A stretch of 11,493 nt of DNA from Candidatus Thorarchaeota archaeon (lineage in GTDB: Archaea > Asgardarchaeota > Thorarchaeia > Thorarchaeales > Thorarchaeaceae), in contig JAEOTX010000182.1 of NCBI GenBank assembly GCA_016839605.1, positions 1-11,493 of the forward strand, given 5' to 3'. The first letter of the stretch is position 1. The number at the start of each line of letters is the position of its first letter. A program made the translations under genes and the position numbers. The notes below the pieces were generated by a model. That model was not told the origin of the DNA, did no database searches, and was given only the letters and a program-made list of their open reading frames with translations. Of the stretch, positions 1 to 7,251 are shown one piece after another.

Positions 1-665
1 GCGCCGTTCACGTATGTATGGTAGCTATGACTCTTCTTTGCATTGAACCGAACCCATCCATCTGCACTTGTAGCTTTTTCATAGTAGCCGGGACCGTTGA
101 TTCCTTTGATGTAGGTCTCCTTTTTGTTAATGTACTTCTCGTAGTCTTCATGCCCCTTCTGCTCCACATCCAAAATCTGTGTATGATGGGGGACAGTGAC
201 ATCCTGAAGCACATGGATTGCAAATCCTAGATTGTAGTATGCTTCTTCTTTGTTACCCCCTTTGTAGAAGTCGACGGCTTTGTCAAAGTACCCCTGAGCA
301 TAGCTACCTGCTCCTTGGAATATCATTAAGAAGCCGAAACCAGTTGTGGGGTCACAGTAGTGGTCCTTCGCGGCAACAGGCAAGCCACCAATGACTCCCA
401 TGCCCCAGTCGGCGTCATAGGACCCCCTCTGCATATCCGTGAAGTAAGAGTTGACTTCCGAGCTGATCTTTGAGTATCCATCCGAGCCCAGAATGTTGAT
501 GGCTCGAAATGTTATCCAGTCATGAGGGTCATTACCCGTCTTGTTGTAGCGGACTCCACTGGAGTTACCATAGGCGGCTACTGGCGTGACAGTGACCGTC
601 ATGAGTAGTATCAAAATGGTAAACGATACCATTATTCCTAAACGAATGCGTCTGTTATCTTCCAT
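1..665 (-). CDS. Secreted zinc-dependent phospholipase C / P1-nuclease family protein (3' end runs off the left edge; not in the supplied ORF track)
   Basis: Manual translation from ATG at 665 is open to the window edge (221 codons): MEDNRRIRLGIMVSFTILILLMTVTVTPVAA|YGNSSG...PHDWITFRAINIL...GSYDADW...KDHYCDPTTGFG...AQGYFDKAVDFYKGGNKEEAYYNLGFAIHVLQDVTVPHH...GHEDYEKY. It has a signal peptide ending VAA and the Zn-ligand pattern H..D..H..HxxxD..H..HxxxE of the Zn_dep_PLPC fold. A GAGGAG SD lies 5 nt upstream. Confidence 0.85.
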   Translation of the reverse strand, partial: MEDNRRIRLGIMVSFTILILLMTVTVTPVAAYGNSSGVRYNKTGNDPHDWITFRAINILGSDGYSKISSEVNSYFTDMQRGSYDADWGMGVIGGLPVAAKDHYCDPTTGFGFLMIFQGAGSYAQGYFDKAVDFYKGGNKEEAYYNLGFAIHVLQDVTVPHHTQILDVEQKGHEDYEKYINKKETYIKGINGPGYYEKATSADGWVRFNAKKSHSYHTYVNG

Positions 666-670
666 TTCTT

Positions 671-676
671 CTCCTC
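671..676 (-). promoter_or_regulatory. Shine-Dalgarno-like site (GAGGAG) for the phospholipase C-like gene
   Basis: ctcctc on the + strand, 5 nt upstream of the ATG at 665. Confidence 0.6.
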
Positions 677-914
677 AATTAGACGATTGACTGTAAGAGC
701 AGACCTTTTTGTAGACTAGGACTAAGAAACAGTGTATTGAGGCGGCGGCAATGAATGCTAACTCTCCCACAGTCATTCGAATATTGGATTTTTCAGCACT
801 TAAACCTTGAGCGACGTATGATGGCTACGGAAGGAGGTAGTGCTCGCTGAAATTCGGATTGTCGGTCTGAGCAAATAATGCTTAAGGACTAAACTTTCAC
901 CCCTTTCACGGTAG

Positions 915-3900
915 TTGGAACCGGAGGTTGTAGCCTTGAAAGCCATTCGCGCCAGTATTGTCCTTAGTTTTATTTTTCTAGTAGTTTCAGTGCCTATATT
1001 CTCACCAAGCCCTTTCTGGCATCAAGACAGTGATATCGATTCTATGTCGCATGGATACGAAAGGTCGTATACACCACACAGTCCAATTGTTATTACTAGC
1101 GAGTCTAATTTCACCGACCTTGGCTTTCCGGGAAATGGCTCCTTGTCAGATCCATATGAGATTCAGGGGCTTGAGATTTCGACGTCTGGAGACTGCATAT
1201 CCATTTCGAACATTCGAGCGAATTTTACAATAAGGGACTGTATGCTCACTTCAGGAATTTCTGAGTCTGGATATGGAATCTTGCTAGACAATTCAACATC
1301 AGGGACAATCGAGAACTGTACAATAACAAACAAGGACATTGGTGTAAGGCTCGATCATGCAGATCTGCCCTCAGTATCCTTGTGCGATATAAGCAAATGT
1401 AGAATTGGAATATCCTCTCTTATTCTGTTCAATGTCAGCATAACAGACTCAGACGTCTACGACTGTTCTTATTACGGAATCAGTCTATCTTTCACAAGAT
1501 ACAGTGAAGTTCTGAGAAATGATGTTCACCGTAACTACTACGCTGGGATCGTGCTCTCATCTTCTGATGATAGTATTGTGGCTGAGAACACAGTTTCTAG
1601 TCATCTGTATGGTTCCAGCAACTATCTCTTCATTGCCTTCGGAGGAATATCTCTCGAGTGGTGTGATAGATGTGAGGTCGCAAATAACACAGTCCTCAAC
1701 AACGATGTTTCAGGCATCTATCTCTATGACTTGCATCATACTGTGATTGAGAACAATTCCCTCTCTGGAGGGCCTAGAGGAGTTTGGGCGGATGAATCGT
1801 ACGATTGCAATCTGATTGACAACAACATGGATAATCACAGTATTGCTGATGTCTACTTGGACGAGTCATCTAACTGCACCATCTCGAGTAATCAGATGGC
1901 TCGAGGACTACTTATCAAGGGAGTTGAATGGTCATACTGGAACCACACCCTGCAGACTAATGATGTAAATGGAAGACAACTGCTCTTCATCAAAGGCCTG
2001 ACAAACACTGTCCTAGATTGTTCTGCTGCAGGTCAGCTTGTCATATTCAACAGCACCTCAATCACAGTGGAAAACGTAGACATCTCAGGAGTCTGTACAG
2101 GATTTCAGATCGCTCATAGCACAAATGTGTCCGCACAGTGGCTCACCATTAGCGATTGCTCAGACGATGGCATCTTCATAGAGTCTTCTCGCAACTTGAC
2201 TCTCGCAGATGTTATACTGACATCTTGTGCCCTTGATGGCATCCATATCTCAAGATGTGAAAACGCATCTTTAGTCAGATGCACTATCTCAGCTTGCATG
2301 GACGATGGCATAGAATATGAAACCAGCTCGAACCTAGATCTAAATGACATGTCAGTCATAGATAGCACAAGGGCTGGACTTCGTTTTACTGGTGCCAATG
2401 GGACTCTCTTCTCAGCAGACAATCAATTCGAGAACGGAACTGTCTTCTTCGACCCCGATTCGCTCATCAACATATCCGGAGTGTTCACAAATAGTACCGT
2501 GAATGGCAAGGAAATCCTCTTTCTTGATGGTGCTACTGACAATGCAGTCGACGGAACCATGTATGGTCAGGTCCTCCTCAGGAATTGCACAAGGGTTTCT
2601 GTTCAGAACGGAGAGTTCTACGGAGTTCAACTTGCATTGTGCAACAATTGTCTAGTTGACGGCTTTCAGAGTGAAGAGGCCGAGATAGGAGTATCTATCG
2701 CTTCATCATGGAATTCGACATTGAGCAATGCAGAAGTCTATGGAAGCACTATGCATGGAATCTACCTGACCGATTCAACAGGAATCTCTATTGTCAGCTG
2801 CAGTCTGAATGGAAATGGGTGGCACGGAGTCGAGGTCGCGTACTCAAATGCCTCAGTCATTAACGCGAATAGGATTGGAGCTCATTCACGCGGCATATTT
2901 TTTGATAACAGCCGTGATTCAGTTCTATCAAATAATACCATCAGAGATTGCAATAGAGGCATTGATCTGTTTCAGTCATACAATATCACTATAGTCAATG
3001 AAACAGTGTTTGCTTGTTCCAGCCAAGGAATTAAGATTCAGAGAACAGATCTTGTGAACGTGTCAGAATCATTTGTCTATGAGAATGAATGGGGGATTGA
3101 AATCTACCAGGCAGAGAATTGCACACTCTTCGATAATCGAATCCTTGCGAATACAGAGGTGGGAGTATATCTCAATCAAGGCTCAAGATATTCTCTGGTC
3201 TATAACAACACCATAGGATGCAATGTGAATGAAGCATATGACTATGGCGTTGATAATTCCTGGAATGATGGAATCAACACCGGAAACGGATGGTGCGACT
3301 ACAATGGGTCCGGAACCTATCAGATCGCAGGTTCCGCATCTAGTGTTGACAACTACCCGCGGACAATACCCCCGTTTCTGAACAGCACGGTAGGCGCAGA
3401 ATACGAGCTAGGACATGTTGGGGCCAATGTCACATGGCGTTCTCTATGTCATAGGTACTATGAAGTAATTAGGAATGGGAGCGTTGTCAAGAACTCAACT
3501 TGGGAAGGCGTCTTGATAGAAGCCAGCCTTGATGGATTAGATATTGGCACATTCAATTTCACTGTTAGAGTCAATGGCTCGGATGGCACTTGGCTGGAAG
3601 ATACCGTATTCATCACAATCCGCGATACCACTTTCCCCACCATAGACTCCCCAGTAGATGTGCAGTATGAGAGAGGGACTGTTGGGCACAGCATAACATG
3701 GAGTCCTCAAGATGCAGGACCCCAGTCCTATGATCTGTATAGGAACAACAACCTCATACATTCCGATAATTGGAATGGGTCTCAGATAGTCGTAAATATT
3801 GATGGCTTGGACACAGGTACTTACAACTACACCTTAGTTGTGAATGATTCCAGCGACCATAGCGTTTCAGACCAAGTGATGGTCACAGTCACACCCGAAA

Positions 3901-4106
3901 CCATCACTACAACTACTACCACCACAACAACTACATCTCCAACATCAACAACAGTTTCAACTACAACTACAAGCACCAGCACCACACAGACAACCACGGA
4001 ACCTCCACCGCCGCCTCCATCAGACGAGATAATGATGCTCGTGCTCGCGGGAGTAGCAGCTGTAATCATTCTGATTGCTCTAATACTCTACCGCAGAAGA
4101 CGATAG
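915..4106 (+). CDS. Membrane-anchored cell-surface protein with right-handed parallel beta-helix (NosD/CASH-type) repeats, two Ig-like repeats, a Thr-rich/poly-Pro linker and a C-terminal TM anchor (probable start 936)
   Basis: N-terminal hydrophobic segment; GFPGNGSLSDPYEIQGLEI cap motif; many GIxLxxSxxxxIxxNxxxxN repeats; NSWNDGINTGNGWCDY...VDNYP closing motif; two YExGxVGxxxTW...GxxNxTxxVN modules; T-rich tract then PPPPPP; hydrophobic helix followed by RRRR; many NxS/T sequons. Confidence 0.85.
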   Translation: MEPEVVALKAIRASIVLSFIFLVVSVPIFSPSPFWHQDSDIDSMSHGYERSYTPHSPIVITSESNFTDLGFPGNGSLSDPYEIQGLEISTSGDCISISNIRANFTIRDCMLTSGISESGYGILLDNSTSGTIENCTITNKDIGVRLDHADLPSVSLCDISKCRIGISSLILFNVSITDSDVYDCSYYGISLSFTRYSEVLRNDVHRNYYAGIVLSSSDDSIVAENTVSSHLYGSSNYLFIAFGGISLEWCDRCEVANNTVLNNDVSGIYLYDLHHTVIENNSLSGGPRGVWADESYDCNLIDNNMDNHSIADVYLDESSNCTISSNQMARGLLIKGVEWSYWNHTLQTNDVNGRQLLFIKGLTNTVLDCSAAGQLVIFNSTSITVENVDISGVCTGFQIAHSTNVSAQWLTISDCSDDGIFIESSRNLTLADVILTSCALDGIHISRCENASLVRCTISACMDDGIEYETSSNLDLNDMSVIDSTRAGLRFTGANGTLFSADNQFENGTVFFDPDSLINISGVFTNSTVNGKEILFLDGATDNAVDGTMYGQVLLRNCTRVSVQNGEFYGVQLALCNNCLVDGFQSEEAEIGVSIASSWNSTLSNAEVYGSTMHGIYLTDSTGISIVSCSLNGNGWHGVEVAYSNASVINANRIGAHSRGIFFDNSRDSVLSNNTIRDCNRGIDLFQSYNITIVNETVFACSSQGIKIQRTDLVNVSESFVYENEWGIEIYQAENCTLFDNRILANTEVGVYLNQGSRYSLVYNNTIGCNVNEAYDYGVDNSWNDGINTGNGWCDYNGSGTYQIAGSASSVDNYPRTIPPFLNSTVGAEYELGHVGANVTWRSLCHRYYEVIRNGSVVKNSTWEGVLIEASLDGLDIGTFNFTVRVNGSDGTWLEDTVFITIRDTTFPTIDSPVDVQYERGTVGHSITWSPQDAGPQSYDLYRNNNLIHSDNWNGSQIVVNIDGLDTGTYNYTLVVNDSSDHSVSDQVMVTVTPETITTTTTTTTTTSPTSTTVSTTTTSTSTTQTTTEPPPPPPSDEIMMLVLAGVAAVIILIALILYRRRR
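923..928 (+). promoter_or_regulatory. Shine-Dalgarno-like site (GGAGGT) pointing to TTG at 936 as the real start of the beta-helix protein
   Basis: GGAGGT lies 7 nt before an in-frame TTG (936), giving the signal-peptide-like N-terminus MKAIRASIVLSFIFLVVS. Confidence 0.5.
3899..4020 (+). repeat. Low-complexity ACN codon run encoding the Thr-rich/poly-Pro linker
   Basis: Degenerate act/aca/acc triplets encoding TITTTTTTTTTTSPTSTTVSTTTTSTSTTQTTTEPPPPPP. Confidence 0.8.
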
Positions 4107-4110
4107 CACC

Positions 4111-4122
4111 TGATTCTGCATC
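4111..4122. repeat. 12-bp inverted repeat arm (tgattctgcatc), partner of 6326-6337
   Basis: Exact reverse complement of gatgcagaatca at 6326-6337. Both arms lie at or near tRNA-fragment copies. Confidence 0.6.
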
Positions 4123-4133
4123 AAAAAGGAATG
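4123..4133 (-). terminator. Pyrimidine/T-rich tract right after the CCA of tRNA fragment 1; possible archaeal terminator
   Basis: The minus strand reads ...ACCA cattccttttt. Similar pyrimidine tracts follow copy 2 (tcctcattcttt) and copy 3 (cttttccc). Confidence 0.35.
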
Positions 4134-4172
4134 TGGTGCGCTCGCCGGGATTCGAACCCGGGTTACGAGCTT
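4134..4172 (-). repeat. tRNA-Gly 3' fragment, copy 1 (about tRNA positions 37-76); putative att site
   Basis: The minus strand reads AA GCTCG TAAC CCGGG TTCGAAT CCCGG CGAGCGC A CCA: end of anticodon loop, 3' anticodon stem, 4-nt variable loop, T arm, acceptor 3' strand, discriminator A and CCA. An acceptor ending CGC with A73 fits archaeal tRNA-Gly. The 5' half is absent. Confidence 0.85.
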
Positions 4173-4186
4173 ATCCCAAAATTCAA

Positions 4187-5257
4187 CTAGTCAATCTCAA
4201 TTGAATGATTCTCCTCCGGTAGAAGTGTCAATCTATAATCATATGAATCAGGCGCGTGCGCTTGAAGAAACTCCCTAATGCTTTTGGTCATATTTGTAAC
4301 AACAATCTCAGCTCCTTGGTCGTTCTCCTTAATAGATTGCACTAACCACTCCAGAGTCTTTTTACTCGGATGTCTTCTATTAGCTGAGATTATGTACTTC
4401 TTAGCAATGATGCGTTTGAAGAAAGTCTTGTTTACATTATACCTACTGCCATGGTGAGGTATTTTCAAGATGTCAACGTGGAGTCTTCCGTTGTCATTCA
4501 TCTTATTATTAGTCTCAAGTTCCTCAATGATAGTTCTTGCATTGCCATCTCCAGTAAAAAGAATCCTATTTTCACCATCTTCTACTAGGAACATAATGCT
4601 ACTGAGATTCGGTACAGTTGATCGGGATGCCGCAAATGAACGTGGATTATGAACGCTCATTTTAGCGAGTCTAAGCCACTGATACCATTGCTCTCTAAGA
4701 TCATTCAATTGCTTTGTAGTTGGCCCTAGAATAGTTATCTTGATGTTTCCAAGTGACACAACTTGTGCTGTATCAGATGCTATCAATTTCCCTCCGAAAT
4801 CTTCGTTCAGTGATAAATCCAGATTAGTTGCCAGCTTCGTTAAGTAATCACCTTCATCGATTGTTCTGACAGCTCTAGCAATACCCATTTCACTCAAAAT
4901 ACGTGGATTAGTTAAATCACGAAATCCCCTATACTCATCCGCATGTCTAGCCATAAATCCACTGAATGAGTTGTGCCATAGCCCTCCGACTTCCAAAGAA
5001 TCTCTTTGTTGTGTTGATTTCAGATTCTCGAAAAACTTTAGAAGCCCCTGAACATGATCCCCGTCAACGTGTGTCAGAATTACTCTGGCAATGTCGTGAC
5101 CATTTCTGTGAATCTCTGCAAGAACATCACGTAAATGACTATCGTAGGTATCCTCAGGTCCACCATCTATGAGAAGGAACTCTGACCTTCTCGTACCATA
5201 TTCCAGAAGAAAACAATCTCCATGGAATGCTTGAACTACATGTAGTTTTAGAACCAC
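4187..5257 (-). CDS. MBL-fold metallo-hydrolase, ComEC/Rec2-like, resembling defence-associated (Avs1a-like) nucleases
   Basis: Motifs GDCFLL, LLIDGG, THVDGDHVQG (HxDxDH), NLSSI, LFTGD, KIPHHGS and ISANRRHP. Insertions after WHNSF and at GPTTKQLNDLREQW. GTG start with GAGGAG upstream. Confidence 0.85.
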   Translation of the reverse strand: MVLKLHVVQAFHGDCFLLEYGTRRSEFLLIDGGPEDTYDSHLRDVLAEIHRNGHDIARVILTHVDGDHVQGLLKFFENLKSTQQRDSLEVGGLWHNSFSGFMARHADEYRGFRDLTNPRILSEMGIARAVRTIDEGDYLTKLATNLDLSLNEDFGGKLIASDTAQVVSLGNIKITILGPTTKQLNDLREQWYQWLRLAKMSVHNPRSFAASRSTVPNLSSIMFLVEDGENRILFTGDGNARTIIEELETNNKMNDNGRLHVDILKIPHHGSRYNVNKTFFKRIIAKKYIISANRRHPSKKTLEWLVQSIKENDQGAEIVVTNMTKSIREFLQAHAPDSYDYRLTLLPEENHSIEID

Positions 5258-5401
5258 ATTTTACAACTCCTCTCTCCTAAACCCCTACGTAGGTCTGTTA
5301 CAACTTGAGGAGTTTGACTATATTCATCTAGGCGAATCTACCAAGCTGTAACGTTACTTATTCCTACATAAGAGCACTAATTGATTAATGATGCCGTTCA
5401 A

Positions 5402-5410
5402 TTTTTAAAT
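5402..5410. promoter_or_regulatory. Candidate TATA box (TTTAAA, palindromic) in the divergent MBL/caspase intergenic region
   Basis: tttttaaat in an AT-rich intergenic region between two divergent starts. Confidence 0.35.
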
Positions 5411-5500
5411 TATAGTTTACATAATTATTCCAACGAGATATTTCGTGGTTAGAATGGCTGTTTTGAAACAGACCAATTCTAAGGAATAGGATGGAGAAAA

Positions 5501-6262
5501 ATGCCTGCAAAAGGAATGGCCCTACTGGTGGGACTAAAGAGTGTGAATCCAGTAGCATACAATGGATGGCCTGGTACAAATGGCTGCTGGGGATGTGAGA
5601 ACGACGTTGATACCATGACGAAAATCCTTGGTCCTGATTATGAGATTCATTCATTAAAAACCAAAGAAGCAACGTCTGATAATATCATCAAGGGAATCGA
5701 ATCTGCCTCGAGTAAGATTAGGAAAGGAGATATCTTTGTATTCTATTATTCTGGACACGGTGGTCAACAGTATGACCTTAATTTTGACGATTTAGATGGT
5801 AAAGATGAAACATTAGTAACATATGATCGGGAATTAGTTGACGATGAGCTTGACAATCTTTGGTTAAAGTTTCCAAAGGGTGTTCGAATTGTCATGATCA
5901 GTGATAGCTGCAATTCTGGTTCTAATTATCGAGCAGGACCAACTATTGATATGATACGACAGACAGTTGTTAGAGTCTTCAGATTCAAGCCAGAGATGAA
6001 AAGTGGTATGGAAGCACAAATGATCCACTATGGTGGATGTAGAGATGGTTTCAATGCACAGGGACAGCAAGATGGCGGGCTCTTCACTAAATCACTAAAT
6101 GCCGTCTGGAACGACGGAAAGTTTCAGGGCAACTATCCTGACTTCCTTCTGAAGATTAGAAGAAGAGTTCGTGAGATGGACAGAATTCAAGAACCACAAT
6201 ATGGTGAATATGGCAAAGTGTCAGATGAATTTAGACAACAAAAGCCCTTCACTATCAAGTGA
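5501..6262 (+). CDS. Caspase-family protease (peptidase C14, metacaspase-like), stand-alone
   Basis: ALLVG, GCENDV, catalytic His in FYYSGHGGQ, DGKDETLVTYD, DDEL, catalytic Cys in ISDSCNSGS, and a p10-like region GCRDG...GGLFTKSL...QEPQ. Confidence 0.92.
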   Translation: MPAKGMALLVGLKSVNPVAYNGWPGTNGCWGCENDVDTMTKILGPDYEIHSLKTKEATSDNIIKGIESASSKIRKGDIFVFYYSGHGGQQYDLNFDDLDGKDETLVTYDRELVDDELDNLWLKFPKGVRIVMISDSCNSGSNYRAGPTIDMIRQTVVRVFRFKPEMKSGMEAQMIHYGGCRDGFNAQGQQDGGLFTKSLNAVWNDGKFQGNYPDFLLKIRRRVREMDRIQEPQYGEYGKVSDEFRQQKPFTIK

Positions 6263-6297
6263 TCATATCAAAGTAGGTATCACTCAAAGAATGAGGA

Positions 6298-6326
6298 TGG
6301 TGCGACCGCCGGGATTCGAACCCGGG
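6298..6326 (-). repeat. tRNA-Gly-like 3' fragment, copy 2 (T arm + acceptor + CCA; 2 substitutions versus copies 1 and 3); putative att site
   Basis: The minus strand reads CCCGGGTTCGAATCCCGGCGGTCGCACCA, 27/29 identical to copies 1 and 3. Confidence 0.85.
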
Positions 6327-6337
6327 ATGCAGAATCA
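6326..6337. repeat. 12-bp inverted repeat arm (gatgcagaatca), partner of 4111-4122
   Basis: Begins at the last base of tRNA-fragment copy 2 and is the exact reverse complement of 4111-4122. Confidence 0.6.
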
Positions 6338-6431
6338 ATTTCATCTCTTCTTGATTCAAAGAAATCTGTGCTTAGGCTTAAGAACTTCTCAGCCACAGAA
6401 TTAGGAAGATAAGTAAGGCAGGTTTCAGATT

Positions 6432-6941
6432 ATGTACTTCCTACCTATTGATGCTCAGGATTTTATCTTTCAATGGTATGAGAGATATGAGATGGCGGAG
6501 TTTGATAAATTCATTTACCTATGGATGTCGTTTAACGCTTGGCTTAGCAAGCATACAAAAACTAAGAATAAGACAGATCGTGAAATGATTGAGGAGTTCA
6601 AGAAAACGGATCAAGCAAACTATATTGAGTTGATCAAACAGGACTCTGAACTCAATAACAATGTTGAATGGTTATGTGAGAACGGTGTTTTGAACTACCG
6701 GAATGAGACTATTATCAAACCAAAGAACATAGATGACTTCAATGGGATTGTTGAATGCATCTATGCAATAAGGTGCAATCTATTCCATGGATCTTACAAA
6801 CGGGATGTACCTATTGATAGAAAAACAGTAGCAAAGGGTACCGAGATTCTCGCTGGCATCTATGGACCAATTCTAAAACGGGAGCGTCAACAGATAGCGC
6901 GGCTGAAATTGGCTCAATGGGAAGCTTCCAAAAGGCTCTAA
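6432..6941 (+). CDS. HEPN-domain protein (Apea-like), putative RNase
   Basis: N-terminal DKFIYLWMSFNAW helix and C-terminal IYAIRCNLFHG, which contains the Rx4H HEPN motif. Confidence 0.75.
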   Translation: MYFLPIDAQDFIFQWYERYEMAEFDKFIYLWMSFNAWLSKHTKTKNKTDREMIEEFKKTDQANYIELIKQDSELNNNVEWLCENGVLNYRNETIIKPKNIDDFNGIVECIYAIRCNLFHGSYKRDVPIDRKTVAKGTEILAGIYGPILKRERQQIARLKLAQWEASKRL

Positions 6942-7251
6942 AGAGTATTTTTCACCAAAATAGCCACTCATGCGCCTCAAAACAAATACGGGGGTATTAT
7001 GGCCATTTTAACGCCTATGTATGAGTCTAAGAGTCCATTATATATTCCTTCGATACTGACTAAAACCCCTTCGCGTTCCATAATGCACTGTCTTTCCAGT
7101 CCGAATCCTCAAGGAATCTAGAGTTGAGCAAAAGGTCTAGGTGGATAAATAATCAAAAGAGACAATAAGGGGTCTGACACAAGGAAGTTTGATAGAGGGA
7201 TTAACTCAACTCATTCTGAAATGAGTCTGGAAGAGCAGAGGAGAGAAAGAT

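Larger units (their letters stand above)
4134..6326. mobile_element. Module A: integrase-less cargo segment between tRNA-fragment direct repeats (MBL hydrolase + caspase)
   Basis: Bounded by copies 1 and 2 (2164 bp start to start). The gene stops lie 14 nt and 35 nt from the repeats. Visibly more AT-rich than 1-4106 (not computed). Confidence 0.6.

Noticed and set aside
8-230. Short ORFs 8-223 (-) and 18-230 (+)
   Set aside because: Alternative-frame and antisense shadows of the phospholipase C-like gene.
1030-4069. Short ORFs nested in the beta-helix gene, including the poly-Val ORF 3827-4069
   Set aside because: Shadow ORFs. The poly-Val is simply the antisense of the Thr codon run. The other short nested ORFs (4470, 4966, 5385, 5864, 7488, 8018, 8814, 9468) are likewise unsupported.
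4134-4186. 3' half of a split or intron-containing tRNA (break near position 37/38)
   Set aside because: No GC-rich leader or bulge-helix-bulge partner is visible and there is no room for a promoter before the MBL gene. Repeated copies with other endpoints fit att sites better. It cannot be fully excluded without the genome.
4134-4210. Intact tRNA-Gly gene
   Set aside because: No D arm, 5' anticodon stem or 5' acceptor strand. tRNA similarity stops at 4172 and the MBL stop codon is at 4187. Copies 2 and 3 are shorter still.
6171-6404. 77-aa ORF containing MVRPPGFEPG
   Set aside because: It is an antisense translation of the tRNA fragment and overlaps the caspase 3' end. The same applies to 10553-10768, which reads through copy 3.
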